Of a stretch of 64,000 nucleotides of DNA, positions 20,905-43,035 are shown in pieces. How positions within the stretch are numbered: position 1 is the first letter of the stretch; each line of letters begins with the position of its first letter. The translations under genes were made by a program, and so were the position numbers. Under the pieces are notes generated by a model, which was not told the origin of the DNA, made no database searches, and saw only the letters and a list, made by a program, of their open reading frames with translations. Source of the stretch: Amoebidium appalachense (Eukaryota > Protista > Ichthyosporea); contig CAVNZM010000009.1 in NCBI GenBank assembly GCA_963693365.1, forward strand, positions 2,854,231-2,918,230, in the 5' to 3' direction.

Positions 20905-21170
20905 TTGTTGGCGCTCCTGCATGGCTTTGGCATTCCGAATCCGATACCAACATGGCATCTACTCGTGGTCCGATGCAGTATCGATATCTCACCTGATAAT
21001 CAGCTGTGTGCCAGTTACAGTACCGTGTACGCGTGATCCCCAAGTGGCAGTGGCACTCAGTATGCATTATATATGAGTACTAGTAATATCATGCTGCTCA
21101 TGTATGTACAGTGTCAATGTTTCAGTGCGTGTGCAGTCGACGAAATATCATGATGGCTGAGGGATTCTTC
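20905..21170 (-). mobile_element. Degenerate PIF/Harbinger-type DDE transposase fragment
   Basis: Minus-strand translation SHHD ... LGDHAYTVL*LAHS*LSGEISILHRTTSRCHVGIGFGMPKPCR resembles the DDE_Tnp_4 motif order (GSxHD, LGDxxYPL, HxxxRxxVExxFGxLK), with stops. Confidence 0.45.
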
Positions 21171-21190
21171 AAGTTGTGTGCGTGAGTGTC

Positions 21191-21259
<69 letters not shown>

Positions 21260-21397
21260 ACGTGCGTGAGTCTCTGTGTATGTGTGCTAAGGTGTGTGTT
21301 CTCGCGTGCGCATGCGCACTCTCACCCGGCCGCGGGTGACTGTACTTGTGTGTGTGTGTGTGTGTGTGTGCGTGCCACGGTGTGTGTGTGCGTGCGT

Positions 21398-21438
<41 letters not shown>

Positions 21439-21479
21439 TGGTTGTGTAAACGTTTTTTTTTTTGTGTGTGTGTGTCTGT

Positions 21480-21542
<63 letters not shown>

Positions 21543-21664
21543 CGCGCTCGCGCGTGTGTGTGCGTGCCTGTGTGTGTGTGTGTGTTCTTGCGCGTGTGTA
21601 CGTATACATGTGTTTGTGTGTGCACGTGTGTGTTAACGTTAACGTTCCCACGTGCCCGTGCGTG

Positions 21665-21885
21665 CACGTGTGCGTACATGCGCATATATATGTACGTGTG
21701 TGCGTACATGCGCATATATATGTACGTGTGTGCGTGAATGCACATATATATGTATGTCGGTGAGTACATGCGCATATGTATGTGCGTGTGTGCGTACATG
21801 CGCATATATATGTACGTGTGTGCGTACATGCGCATATATGTACGTGTGTGCGTACATGCGCATATATATGTACGTGTGTGCCCGT
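21665..21885. repeat. ~30-bp alternating purine-pyrimidine minisatellite, ~7 units
   Basis: GTGTGCGTACATGCGCATATATATGTACGT repeated, following (GT)n tracts from ~21195. Confidence 0.85.
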
Positions 21886-21994
21886 GCGTGCACGTGTGGA
21901 TATCATAATCACACTCACTAGTACTGGGTGTGTTTTCGTGTTGCCCGGGGGGTGGGGGTGGCCGGTGGGGAGGGGTGGCCATGTTTGCGTTTGT

Positions 21995-22040
<46 letters not shown>

Positions 22041-22121
22041 GGGGACTGAGGCCGGCCGGGAGGGAGCAGGGGGCGGAGATCTGGATGCACCAGGAGCTCG
22101 AGGGTCCGGAGGAGGCCCGGG

Positions 22122-22163
<42 letters not shown>

Positions 22164-23560
22164 AGAGGGGGGGGGAGGGGAGAGGCCAGGAGGAGGAGGG
22201 AGGGAGGGGTCATTTTTTGCCCGGAGCTTATCAGCATGTAAATAACTCTTACTGTTTTGGCTTTTACTCTCCTTGATCACACCTTTCTGGGAACCCTTTG
22301 TACATTCTTCATGGCTGGGTCGGGGACTGAACGCACCGCCAGAGCAAAATGATTGGTTCGGAGTGCATCAAAGATCCGATTGGTTGGCTAGGCATGTAAA
22401 CAAACACTGATTATTCTCGATATCAAACTTATGCTTATCAAATCCCGCATTAAAAAAAATATATGCTAAAATCATATCGAAAAACAAAGAAAAAGTGTTT
22501 GATTTTTGAAGGGTCTTTATTTTCCTTCAATGTAACATTTAGTAACAATGTTCATGGTGGTACTTTAATTCAATTCAAATAAAATCTGGATCTGGGTCCA
22601 GCCACCAAATGGCAGCCACCACGCGCAGGCAGGCGGCCGCGGACTGCGGTCACAGTGCGGTGCCCGGCAAACTAATATTGAGTGAGGGTCTTGCCAAAGC
22701 CTTGGCCCGCTCCAGAGACCAGTAATCGGTCCCACGACCGCGTTGCTGCTACGCAATAGAACACGGTATATATATCTAACATGTGTTATAATTATGCATA
22801 TGTACCCGTTGCCATCCTCTCTTCCCCATCGGTCCTAGTACCAAGCTTGCGATGGAAGCTAGTGTACATGTCACGGTACACATACAATCAAGGCGGTGCA
22901 TATATATTATTCCTACTTTTTTATTGTTATATAAAAGATATATATATGTACTATTGTAGCAGATCTACATAGATCTCAGCAATATCGATCGAGCTCATGA
23001 CATGCACCCGGCCGGATGCAGTGCTTGCTACATATCACCTGGCGCCACCAACTTAAGACTGCACAAGCAATCCCATTGGTGTAAAAAGCACTAGCTAGCC
23101 TAGGGGCTTTCAAGGCAATCTAATCAAGCTCGACGTTCCAGAGTTCGAAACTGGGTTCCGTCTAGGCAGCTCCCAGGCTTCCGAAAAGAGCTAATGCCTT
23201 TCCCCTTTTTATTTCTGTTGGATTCCTAACGCATTGTACGGCCACACACGCACCGCGTTCCTCTGTCTATTCGGCACATGCATGTCGACTGTCCCGGTGA
23301 CGCTGTTGCAATCTCTGCCGTACGTGCACCACCAAACCAACGTGCCACTGCATCATGATACCCCGGCGGTACCACCGTGACACCACATGTACACACGAAC
23401 AAAAAATTATGCTTAACTTGCCACATGCCCAGGTCACATATGCATCCGAGCTACTCGAAACGACGTGCGACCAACATGCCGCGGCGCTTTGCACACAGAA
23501 TTCACAATGTTGCAATAAAAACACACCAAAGGTTTTAGCATTTCACCCTGATAACTCATT

Positions 23561-30567
<7,007 letters not shown>

Positions 30568-32734
30568 CCTATATTATCTACCAATTGCATAATCATAATG
30601 GTTAGGCCCCCTGATATGACGAAAAGCTACTAATATTAATGGTCAACAACTTTATATCTCACTCCTTTCTTTCGTTTTCTTTATTATTATTATTTATTTG
30701 GGGGGAGGAGGGGGGCGGGGTAGATTCACTATATTTTGTCTCTGAGGCTTTGTGAGCCAATATCAAGTTGCATAATCATAACGGCTAGTCTCGACACGAG
30801 GAAGGTCTAAAAATGACCAAAAATTAAATTCCCTCCTTTCAAGTTCCTTCTTCTTCTTCTCCTCCTCCTCCTCCTCCTCTTCCTCCTCCACCACCACCTC
30901 CTTCTCCTCCTCCTCCTCCTCCTTCTCCTCCTTCTCCTTCTTCTCTCTACCTCTTCATTTTTTTCTTTTCTTTTTTTTTTTTTTTTTTTTTTGGGGGGGG
31001 GGGGGGGGGGAGGGAGGGGGGGGAGGGGGGGGGGGGGGGGGGGGGACCGCAAATTCGCTATATTATATCTCAGGGCACTTTGTGAGTCTACTATCTATCT
31101 TGCATGACGTTTACTTTGACATGGGGAAAAGTTGTTGATGACCAAAAACTTTAACTTTTCTTTTCCCCCACTTCTTTCCTTTCCCTCTCTTTTTCTCACT
31201 TTTCTTATCTTCCTTTTTCTTTTCGTTTCCTTTCTTTTTTTTTTCTTAAGAGGGGGGAAGGGGAAGGGGGGGGGGGGGGGGGAAGGGGGGGGGGGGGGGG
31301 GGGGGGGGGGGGAAGGGGGCAGGAGAATAAAAAAAACATCACACACGGTTTGGAACTTGATAGCCAATTATTATTGTTGTTAGTTGCCAGAGTGTAACCT
31401 TTGACACAAAACTTCTGCAGTCTCGAACATCTTTAAGATAGTGTACACCCTAATTGCCGTCTAATTAGTAAAGGTATACGACTTTTATTTTATTTATTTC
31501 ATTTTATTTATTTTATCACGTTTTGTTCCCGGAGGGCCTTTTCAGGCCCTCTAGGGAAACTACCGTCTACCACACAGCACCGACAGTACACTAGTTAAGG
31601 TGTTATTATAAAGGTATACGACAATTCCTCTATTCTTAAGTGAATATATATAAATCCCCAGCATGCAGCTGTGTGTGAGGTTTAGCCGGGGCTGCATACA
31701 CCTTTGATCATGATCTTGAACGGTTGGCGACCGGGACGAGGGGCAGTGCTCCCACCGTTTCCCAAAATATACCGTGCAAACCAAAACAAAAAAAGGATCA
31801 ACCGTCACAATAATAATCTCGCCTAATTGACTAACTGATTTCACATTTTATCCCCCCCCCCCGGGGGCCCCTTCAAAACTCCCACCTCCTACACCACCAA
31901 GGGCTTCCCCTTGCCTTGGGCTTCTGGGTGTGCGCGCACACTGGCAGTGTGTGGATGAGCAGATGGTGTGTGTGTGTGAGGGGGGTGACGGTACATGTAT
32001 GTCTTTGTGTGCGTGTCACGGTGTGGACACGTGACACATGTTGTGAGCTTATATGCACGCGTATGCACACGTGCACGTGTGTATGTGTGTGTGACTGTGT
32101 GCCTGTGTGTGCGTGTGCCATGTGTGTGTATGTGTGTGTGTGTGTGTGTGTGTGCGTGTGTGTGTGTGCGTGTGTGTCACGGTGTGTTGGGGGTGGGGGG
32201 TTGGGGCCGGGGGAAGGGAGGGATTTGGGGGGGGTGGAGGGGGGGCGAGCGGAGAAAGCCGGGGGCAGGGGGGGGGGGGAGGTATGGTCAAGAGGGGGGG
32301 GGGGGGGGGGGGGAGGGGGGGTATGGTCAAGAGGAAAGGGGGGGGGGGGGGGGGCATGGGACAGTGTTGCGACATCAGATTGGAATGTCGCTCACCGGCG
32401 ATATGTAGTCCGGGGGCCCCACCGTTCAGTGGACTATGCCACGAGGTGATAGCCCCGGATTTACTAAACGGGGCCGTGAGAGAGCGGGATCTGTAGTACT
32501 GGATCAAAAATATAACTCTTACGTAAAAATATATTATTAAATTACTAGGTTTGTGCAGCTAGGATACGCAAAATCTTCAAGCGAACCCAGCTGCTCAGCT
32601 CGTGTAATGCTCTCACTGTTGTAGATACTCTCAGGGCAACGCGTCACCACATGGCAGGGTTAGACAATACCCGGAAAATACCCTACAAAATACCCCACCC
32701 CGAAAACAAAATACCCCACTTGCTGAGGGGCGGG

Positions 32735-33000
32735 GTACTCTACCTTGGGCGACTAGGGTACTATGGGGTACACAAGGGTTAAAGAGTATACATGCAAGGT
32801 TTTTGTGTCTATATATGTCTGCCTGGCTGCCTCTGTGAAGTTACCTACATGAAAAAGCACAGTTTCTGGGGGTCTGTTCAATCCCGGATATTGAGGGCAT
32901 TGATTACAAACACTTGTCTATCTCTAATCTGAAATATCTCGTTCTATCGTCACAGAATATCTGCACAGTGCCTATTTGGATTTCAATCGGTGGCTTTCGG
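32735..33000 (-). mobile_element. Possible decayed non-LTR retrotransposon RT C-terminal fragment
   Basis: PIEIQIGTVQIFCDDRTRYFRLEIDKCL* resembles the LINE 'YLGvxiDxxL' block; a frameshifted PKVEY (~32735-32749) resembles 'RPxLEY'. Weak. Confidence 0.3.
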
Positions 33001-33092
33001 GCGGGCTCGGGCGGACCGGCCTGGGGCCCGCCCGCCGGGGGGAGAAGATGGGGGCCCCGGCCGGAGAGAGAGCCTCGGAGGGGAGGGGGAGG

Positions 33093-33124
<32 letters not shown>

Positions 33125-33676
33125 TACAGGGGGGGGGGTTGTTAAGATTAGGAAGGCAATTATCAGTAATGCGTAAGGGAGGGTTGAAAGGTGCTTGCTT
33201 AGTTATATGTAAGTCTCTTTGATGCTCAGTGCCATTTGCAAGGAATGGGGGAAGGGAGCGAAGGATATCGATTGGAGGAAGGGCGGGAGGGAGCGAAGGA
33301 TATCGATTGGAGGAAGGGCGGGAGGGGGGTGGGGTTGGGGTGGGGTTGGGGCGGGGGGGCGGGGCGTTGAACAGAGGGTCAGAGAAGGAAGATACATACT
33401 GCGCGCTTGTGTGTGTGTGGGGGGGGGGGAGGGGGAGAGACAAAGGACGTTTGGAAAGTTGGCTGGGTGCCTGGTCCGGAGGGGCCGGCGGAGGAGGGGG
33501 GGACAACGAGAGGGATTATACGTCACGGTTGGAGCTGGAAAGAAAGCCCAGTTGCCTGTAGGCGGAGGAGACAGGCAGAGAGAGAGCTGGAAAGGTAGTG
33601 AGGGAGGGGGTGGGGAAGGGGGGGAGAGGGGGTAACTTCAGAGAGAAAGAGGGACCGGGACTCTCAGAGCATCGTG

Positions 33677-34436
<760 letters not shown>

Positions 34437-35416
34437 CAGATCTCTAGAAGGGGGTGCGCGGGCGCCCCAGGAAGGGAAGTGATCGTAAGAGAAATCAACA
34501 CGAGAGACTTATCTAAGAAAGGACCACAAGCTAGAGACGAGAGAACTTGGCACACAGGAATCGGTGCGAATGTGGTCACACTAGGTAAAGCTTTTCAGCG
34601 GGCGGTGCGCTGCGCGCGCCTCTATTCATTAAAGTTAGTCAGCAACACAGTGTCTCTATGCTGAGAAAAACAGGCGATTATAACACCTAAACGAAAGTAT
34701 TAGACTGGCTGTCTCAGGTTATAATGTTGCGGGTAGGCGGGTGGTTACATGCGTGGTGAAAAACAAGACTGAGTTTTCACCTGAACCATGTGTGTTTTGG
34801 CTTCTCGGGCTGCCTGCTACAGGATATATTTACATATTAGCGGATAGGTATACATTAATATATCTGATTTATCCAAATTATGTATATCCCGGAAATACCC
34901 CACCTTTCGCGAGGCCAAAATGCGTGACGTCACAAAACCTCGACTATGAAACCCAAATGTCGAACCCTGCCGCGTGCAGTGCGTAAAGCCACAACTATTG
35001 GATTTAAATCATGCATGCATTTTGATTTTTTGCTTTTTGGATCCCCGGTGTCGTCATCACAGCACTAGTCTAAAGACGCTTCACGAAATCATGAAATGTT
35101 GCTTCTAACAGCGGTGTATGAGTGTACAATCACGCATATGATGAAAGACTAGTGTCAGTCTATTCGCACCAGCGCCAGGCTGTGTCACACAGGAAACATG
35201 TGAAAACGGCGAGTTCACTTATTAGCGTGGTTTATTTCATCTTTGGGTGCCCCACATGCCCTGAACGGCCCACATGGTTTCACTGCCGGGCATGCCGTTT
35301 CGAGCAGGGCAACACCATAATGGTTTGCGGGATAGATCATAATATAGGTATATAGGTATAACATAGTTTATAAACTGTGTATTCAGAGCTGTTCGTAGCT
35401 CTCTAAATAATAAAAA

Positions 35417-36125
35417 ATGACCCCAAGCACTCAAAATAACCAAGTAACGAGCAGCAATTCAGAAAAGACCACAGCAACGCTCACAAACATGGAAGAGCCA
35501 ACTGCACTAAATCCTTCAGATCCGGCGCTCAAGAAAAAGCCCATCTCCTCTCCATCAGAAACTGGAGCTATAGTTGTTGCACCCTCTCTTGGAGATGGCA
35601 TGCGTGTAGATACATCTGAAGTCAACAAGACCAATCCTGCTCGTCCTTCAAACAGGGTAGCGCTGTTCATGGTTCTGTTTTCGTTTGGTGTTTTGCTAAC
35701 GACATCCGGAGTGGTTTTTGGGTATGCGGCAATAAAACCTGTGCTCATCAGCGAAGGTGCCTACTCTCATGCATGCGTTGGTGTGCCCAACTATGATCCG
35801 AAGGTCGGCTGCACAGATCAATTACTCCAGTTGAACTTGATGATTATTCTCGTTCCGGTCGTTATGAACGTGGCAACACTGATTGGTATTGCTGGAGACA
35901 GGTTCGGCCCCAGATTCATGAGTGTGCTGGGAACGTTGATATACAGCACCGGGTTAATTGTGTTGGCATTCTCTTCCGCAAGCTTTTCAGGTGCGTTCTC
36001 CTCTTCCCTTTTTGTTTCTGATAGCGAGCTTTTCTTCCCCCCCTCTTCCCCCCCCCCCCCCCCCCCCGCCTCTCCCAACTCCCCCTCCCCTGCTTCCGCC
36101 CCCTCCCCTCCCCTCCCCCTCCCCC

Positions 36126-36156
<31 letters not shown>

Positions 36157-37150
36157 AAAAAAAAAAAAAAAAAAGGTATTGGGTCGACGGGGCCGTAGGC
36201 GAGCTCTCTGACAAGAGGTCTAGGTACAAGCAGAGCTGGCCGAGGTGTGTGGGTGCACGTGCACGTGTGTGTGTGTGTGTCTGTGTGTGTGTGTGTGTGT
36301 GTGTAAGTGTGTGTAGGTGCACACGAACATGTCTTTGTGTGTGTGTGTGTGTGCGTTTGTGAGTGGTCCATGAGTGGGTGGGTGGTTGTGGTTTCCCCTT
36401 TCCCTCCATCCCCCCCCGTGTGCTTGTGCATAGTTCCTTGGTTTCCAAACGTTAGCGCGTGTGTGTGTGCCTGTGTGTGTGTGTGTGTGTGCCGTGCACA
36501 TACTTTTGTGCCTTGTATATGTGTGCATATGCATACAATAATATGTGTGCACGCTTGATGGTTTGTGTTTTTTTGTTAACATGAATCTGGGTGGTTGGGT
36601 GCATGTGGCTTGGTGTGTGCTGGTGTTGATGTTTGGACACCTGCTTCTAGTGAGTGCTTGGGGTACAAGTCTCCATGTGTTGCCCGGGGCTTTGGGTGTG
36701 TATGTGTGTGTGTATGTTGGTGAGTGGGTGGAAAGGGGGTGGGTAAAGGGGATGGGGATGGGGGGGGGGGGGGGGGGGGGGGGGGTTAGTGATGGGAGAA
36801 TTCTCGTTTGCATGGTTGGCGGCAGTGATGCAGAGGCTGAGGGAGAAATTTGGGGAAGAGAAAGGGAGGTGGTTTGGGATGGACACGCAAGAATATGCAT
36901 GGTGCTTTCGGCCGAGACACGTTCTCTCTCATCAAGGCGCATTGGCAGTGTGTACATGTGGTTAACTGCCTGAGCGAAATAAGGAGCATGGTGTTTTGTG
37001 TTTTGCCTATGTAGCGGTTTGGTTTGATAGCGCCGTCGGATTGCTATGAGTGTGTGTTAACCAAGTAGGTGGTGTGCCTGTCCTTGAGGTAAATCGTACA
37101 CGCATGTACATGTTTGTATGTGGCTCTGTGATGGTTCTGACGGGTGGTCT

Positions 37151-37181
<31 letters not shown>

Positions 37182-37266
37182 TCCCCCTCCCCTCTTTGCT
37201 GGCCAAACACCATCAACAAACACCACCCCATACACACACACACATCCACACACACACACACAAAAT

Positions 37267-37308
<42 letters not shown>

Positions 37309-38432
37309 TTTCTCCCCCCCCCCCCCCCCCCCAAAAAAAAAATAATAAAATAAAATAAAAAACCACAAACACACAATCCAACCAAACCCCTACAGGCTAC
37401 CTTGCCGGGTTCTGCTGTCTCGCATTTGGCGGCTGCACGATATTCCTCGCCTTTCTCCACCTTGCAACTCTATTCCCCAAACGTATGGGTATGATCAACA
37501 GCATGTTGAACGGGGCATTTGACGCTTCTACCATCCTTATGACAATGTTTAAAATCGTGGTGGATGAAACGGGAATCACTCTGAGAATACTGTGGTTGTG
37601 TTGTCTCACGGTGCCCATAATGAACATATTTTTCTCGTTTTTCTTCATTTCTCCGATACCAATCTCCTACGCTCCCGTAGAGAATACCGCTGCTTCGGTG
37701 GAAAAGGACAGTACGATTATCGAACCACAAAAGAAAAAACGGTCCGGCCCGCCCCCACTATACAATCTCCAAAATTTGGGTTGGAAACAACAGTTGCTCT
37801 CACCCGAACTTCTACTTGCGATTGTGTTTATCGCAATCAATGAAATTAGGATGATTTTCTACATTGCAACAATAGGCGAGCAGCTTACGGACATGTTTGG
37901 TCTGGGCGAACACCGGGAGAAGATCGCAAATTTCTTCGATCTCGCGCTCCCGATCCAGAGCCTGATCTGCGTACCGTTGGTGGGTGTAATCCTGGATCGG
38001 TTGGGTCTTATTGCTATCTTCTGGACGGTCGCGGTTTCACAACTGATATCCGGTGCGCTTCAACTCGTTCCTATATGGTGGATTCAGATGCCCCAGATCA
38101 TGATTTTCATATTTTTCCGCGCGTGTTTGTACGCGGCGGTGGCGGATTATTGCGGGCGTATGTTCGGTTATGCGACGTTTGGTCGCACCTACGCTGCGAT
38201 AATGTGCACTTCCGGGCTAGCGAATATTGTGTCGTATGGGTTTGATTACACTGCAAAAAACGTTTTGAATGGGAGCTATTTTTGGATTAATTTGCCCCTT
38301 ACGCTGTGGTCTCCTTTAACGTTTGTCCTGCCAATCTACCTTACGCGAAAGAATAGGCGTATTCAGAGAGAGTTAAAGAATGCTGCTATTAGTCGAACTG
38401 CGCCTACAACTAGTACGGCGGCCGAATGCTGA
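35417..38432 (+). CDS. MFS transporter, SLC43 (LAT3/4)/FMP42-like; 2 exons
   Basis: Exons 35417-35990 and 37396-38432, joined by a phase-1 GT-AG intron. Motifs SGVVFGYAAIKPVLISEGAYS, QLLQLN, GDRFGPR, GAFDAS, MIFYIATI, FGYATFGRTY; about 12 TM segments. Confidence 0.88.
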
Positions 38433-38694
38433 TGTGGGATGATTTGATAATAGTGAAATTTAGTGTGATGTTGCTAGGTATTTACGTTGAATGAGTAGTA
38501 GTGGGCTATTGTCGGAGTGAGGAATTGCACCTATCTAATTAGTATGATATAGCCTAGTTTAGCGAATTTATCTAAGTATGTGGTTTTCATCGTCACGAAT
38601 TGAGTTTTAGTTGGTGAGAAACACAGGAACACACACACACACACACACACACACAAATACACGCGCACACACGGCGGCACGCAAACTCGCTAAT

Positions 38695-38746
<52 letters not shown>

Positions 38747-38750
<4 letters not shown>

Positions 38751-38905
38751 GTTACCCACGGGGTACGCACGCACATACACACACACACACTAGGTTACCC
38801 ACGGGGTACGCACGCACATACACACACACACACTAGGTTACCCACGGGGTACGCACGCACATACACACACACACACTAGGTTACCCACGGGGTACGCACG
38901 CACAA
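38747..38905. repeat. 4 x 43-bp minisatellite inside a (CA)n tract
   Basis: CTAGGTTACCCACGGGGTACGCACGCAC... with CTAG at 38747, 38790, 38833, 38876. Confidence 0.92.
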
Positions 38906-38935
38906 ACGCACGCACACATACACACACACGCACGT

Positions 38936-38977
<42 letters not shown>

Positions 38978-39409
38978 TTTGTATTGTAGGCTACGTACCG
39001 CAAACTGAAAACACTTCTACGTTACAGTAGATTAGCTGAAAGAGACAAGATGATGCACTCACTTGCATGTGCGTAAAAGTTTCAACAGTAGAAGTACAAT
39101 CAATTGATTGCTACGTAATGAAAAGGATCTTGTGCTTTCTAACAAACGTAAGCGTCGATGCTGGTGATTTCACATATGCATGCAGTAACGTGTGGAGTTT
39201 GACGCTAACATTGTTCTTTCGTTGTGAACGTTAACTACACAGTACCGGGACAATGATAATTTTCAAAGGCTTCTATAAGAGAGGTCTAATTAATTACTCG
39301 TAAACGGCGGATGTTGGTGTACATGTGTTATGATGACCAGTGAATTCCTCAATAAACATTGTCGAATCAAACCGTCGCTTGCGCAAAGCACGTCTAGTCC
39401 CGGGGCCCC

Positions 39410-39442
<33 letters not shown>

Positions 39443-39905
39443 TGTGATACATATCATTACGAACAATCACGACAGACAAAACAGTGCAAATTCTGTCAAG
39501 AGCACACAAAGGGTATGAATCATTTGGGCTGGCGTGTGGTGTGGTGGTGGTGGTTGGTTGGTTGGAATATGCCACCCCACGTGACATTCACAAGATCCGG
39601 CTGAACTCTGCTGAATTCCGCTTCTTGTACATGCGACTTGTTTTTAAACTACCAACAAACCATGCCACTGCATCATGGCATTGCACTACACACATAGAAC
39701 CACACACTCAAACGGCACATCGTGGACGTCTGTAGACACTGTATTCCAACACAAAGAATACTTGGTTGTGCATATGGCAATAATGCAGGTGTCTGAGCAA
39801 TTTCCTATAGCAATGATTATAACAGTAACAAATAAATAAAAACGGAAAGGGGGGAAAAGCTCAAAATCTGCCCCGACAATCTTTGACTATCAATCTGTCG
39901 ATCAC

Positions 39906-39939
<34 letters not shown>

Positions 39940-40260
39940 CACACACACACACACACACACACCCCCCCCCCCCCCCCCCCCCCCTCCCCCCCCGGGCAAA
40001 AAACTGACCCATCCGCCTACTCACACACCCAACCTTTCTGCTCTAGTGTCATGTCACACTAAACTTCGTACAACCAAAAGAGACGTTGCATTCTTATCCA
40101 CACACACACACGTACACACAAACGAACCAGGTGAGGCAGACAGGGCCACAAGGGGAAAGATAACCCCCCCCCCCCCCCCCCCCCCCCCTCCCCCCTCAAA
40201 CACCACCACCACCACCACACACACCCACCCGTCCAACAACCCACCCACACCCGCCCAATC

Positions 40261-40729
40261 TTACTGCCCTGCATTCCCACCATTCTCCTCACCATCCACA
40301 TCATACACATCCGCATCCACCTCAACCCCAGCACTGCTCTTCTGTTGCTGCCTCTCGTTGTTTCCCCTTCCACCGCTTGTGTTCTGAGGAGGAATAGGGT
40401 TGTTGTATGACACGGGCTGGCCGATTGCCTGTTGGATTGCTACGTCCAGGCTCGTAGCAGTGATAAATGTGCCTGCTTGCTCTTGTTGAAGAGAGACTGC
40501 CTTGATGCGACGCTCGCGGCTCTTGTCTACTGTTACCTTGTGCTGTATGATGGGAGAAGGAAAAGGAAAAGGGGGAAAAAAGAGGGAAAATGAAAAAGAA
40601 AAGAAAGGGGGAAAAAGTGGGTGGTGGGTTGGATAAGGGGGAACGGGCGGGTGGGTGGGTACGGGTAAATAAGGGGGGAGGGGTTGGGTTAGGTTGCGGT
40701 TGCGGTTCCGGTGGGATGTTTGTGTGTGT

Positions 40730-40760
<31 letters not shown>

Positions 40761-41672
40761 GGGAGGGGGGGTTGGGTTGGGTTGGTTTGGGCTAGGGTAA
40801 CGCGTGATCTGTTGTGCGTGCAGATGTGATGTGTTCGTAATGTGGACGTATGTTTTGTACTTGCGGACGCGATTTTGATTGCACTCGTGCCTGTGCTTTA
40901 TCAATACCACCCACTCTTGCACCAATCTGCATCCACCCCAACCCACGCACGAACGTAAAAAAGTACGCACGCCCTCACTTGCAGACACCCACATACACAC
41001 CCGCCCCCACATACCCATATACCCATTCTCCTCTTCCCTCCCCCCCACCCCCCACACACACCCACACAATCCCTCACCCACCCACCCCCACCCGCACGTC
41101 CACCCAACCCCACCCACTCACACACCAACATACATATATACCCATGCCCACCTACTCCCACCCACAAACCGACACCCACACCCACACCCCCATCCCTCTG
41201 CAACCCCACCCCCACCCACCCACACATCCCCATCCCACCCACATCCTCCCACACACCAACCCATCCCAACCACATAACCCCATCCCCCCCCCCCCCCCTC
41301 CCCTCACATACCCCCCTCCTCCCTTTCCCCACAAACCCCAATCCCCCCACCCCCACCCCCTCCCCCCTCCACATCCCCCCCCAACCCCCCACCCTTACCC
41401 CCAAACCACCCACCCACCCCTCTCCCCTCACATACCCCCCCCCCCCCCCCCAAACCCACCCACTCACATTCCCCCCCCCACCACCAAAAAAATCACCCAC
41501 ACACACATGCACGCACCTGGCGCAGCACCTCTCTGAGCTGCCTCCTCTCCTGTGCAAACTGCGCCGCCCTAGCCTCCTGTAGCTCCCGGTTGGCCTGCCG
41601 TGTCTCCTTCTTCTTACGACGATACTCTTCAATCTGCTTCACTGCCTCTACGTCTTGCTCTGAGGGGCGGGG

Positions 41673-41703
<31 letters not shown>

Positions 41704-41896
41704 AGGGGGGGGGGAGGGGGAGGGGAGGGAGGGAGGGAGGGATGGTGTCAGAAAGGGAAGGAGGTAGAGAAGGGACGGAGGAGGGGGGGAAGGGGAGGGG
41801 GGTTAGAATATGTTGCAGAGACGAGAGACACTTTTATGATGGATAACAGAATGAAGGATGCAAAACATAAACACATCACATGGAAGAAGGGCGGGG

Positions 41897-41942
<46 letters not shown>

Positions 41943-42730
41943 GGAGGTTTGAATGCGGAACACAGTACGAAGTACGCATACACGATGAGAAGCATGGTGC
42001 AGGACACATGCAAAGGCAAACATTCAAGTATGCAACATCAGCCGTGCGCACAGTATGCGTCATAAGCAGAGCCCATCCTCAGGGAGGGCCCAAGTCATCA
42101 ATTGCGTCTGAGTTTCGACCCCTTAGCCCGCGTATATACGACGCTCCAACTCAGACAGCAGCATCAACTGAACTTGGGTGGGTCAACCCGTCTTGATCAA
42201 AGACGAGCAGGGTTGCTTATGCAAGCAAGGTGAGCAAAACGGTGAAGATGTGTGTGCAAACTAATGCAGTGCAGCGAAAAACGCGTATGTGCTTACAGAT
42301 GTACGACACAGAGCAACCATGCCCGGTTGCATGGAAGTAAAGATGTCTCCACACAGTGGTCTGTCCTGAAAGGACACCTCTGAAAGAAGACAGGGGGGGG
42401 TTTGAATGCGGAACACAGTACGAAGTACGCATACACGATGAGAAGCATGGTGCAGGACACATGCAAAGGCAAACATTCAAGTATGCAACATCAGCCGTGC
42501 GCACAGTATGCGTCATAAGCAGAGCCCATCCTCAGGGAGGGCCCAAGTCATGGGGGGGGGGGGGGGAGGTGGGGGCTAAAATGCTCTATGGAGTACGAAT
42601 CACACGTTCATGACGGACAAGACATGTAGAGTGCAAAGCACAAGCAAATGGCATAAATAATAAGCAGATGCCAACCTCAGGGGTACAAGCAATCCACTGT
42701 ATACGAGTTTCGACCCACACACCTCGCATG

Positions 42731-42808
<78 letters not shown>

Positions 42809-42996
42809 AAGAGAAAGAGAGAGGCCGCACCGCCGGAAGGGGAGGGGGGGGGGGGAAGAGAAAGAGAGAGAGGGAGAGAGAGAGAGAATGCGTCACAGGG
42901 TACAAAGTACACAACCACAAGGAACAACACAACGCAGATTACAATTACACATACAGAGTATGCATGAAAAGCAGAGCTCATCCTCCGGGAGGAGGA

Positions 42997-43035
<39 letters not shown>

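Noticed and set aside
22585-22760. GC-rich possible ncRNA
   Set aside because: No known RNA family motif recognised and no second copy to support a structure.
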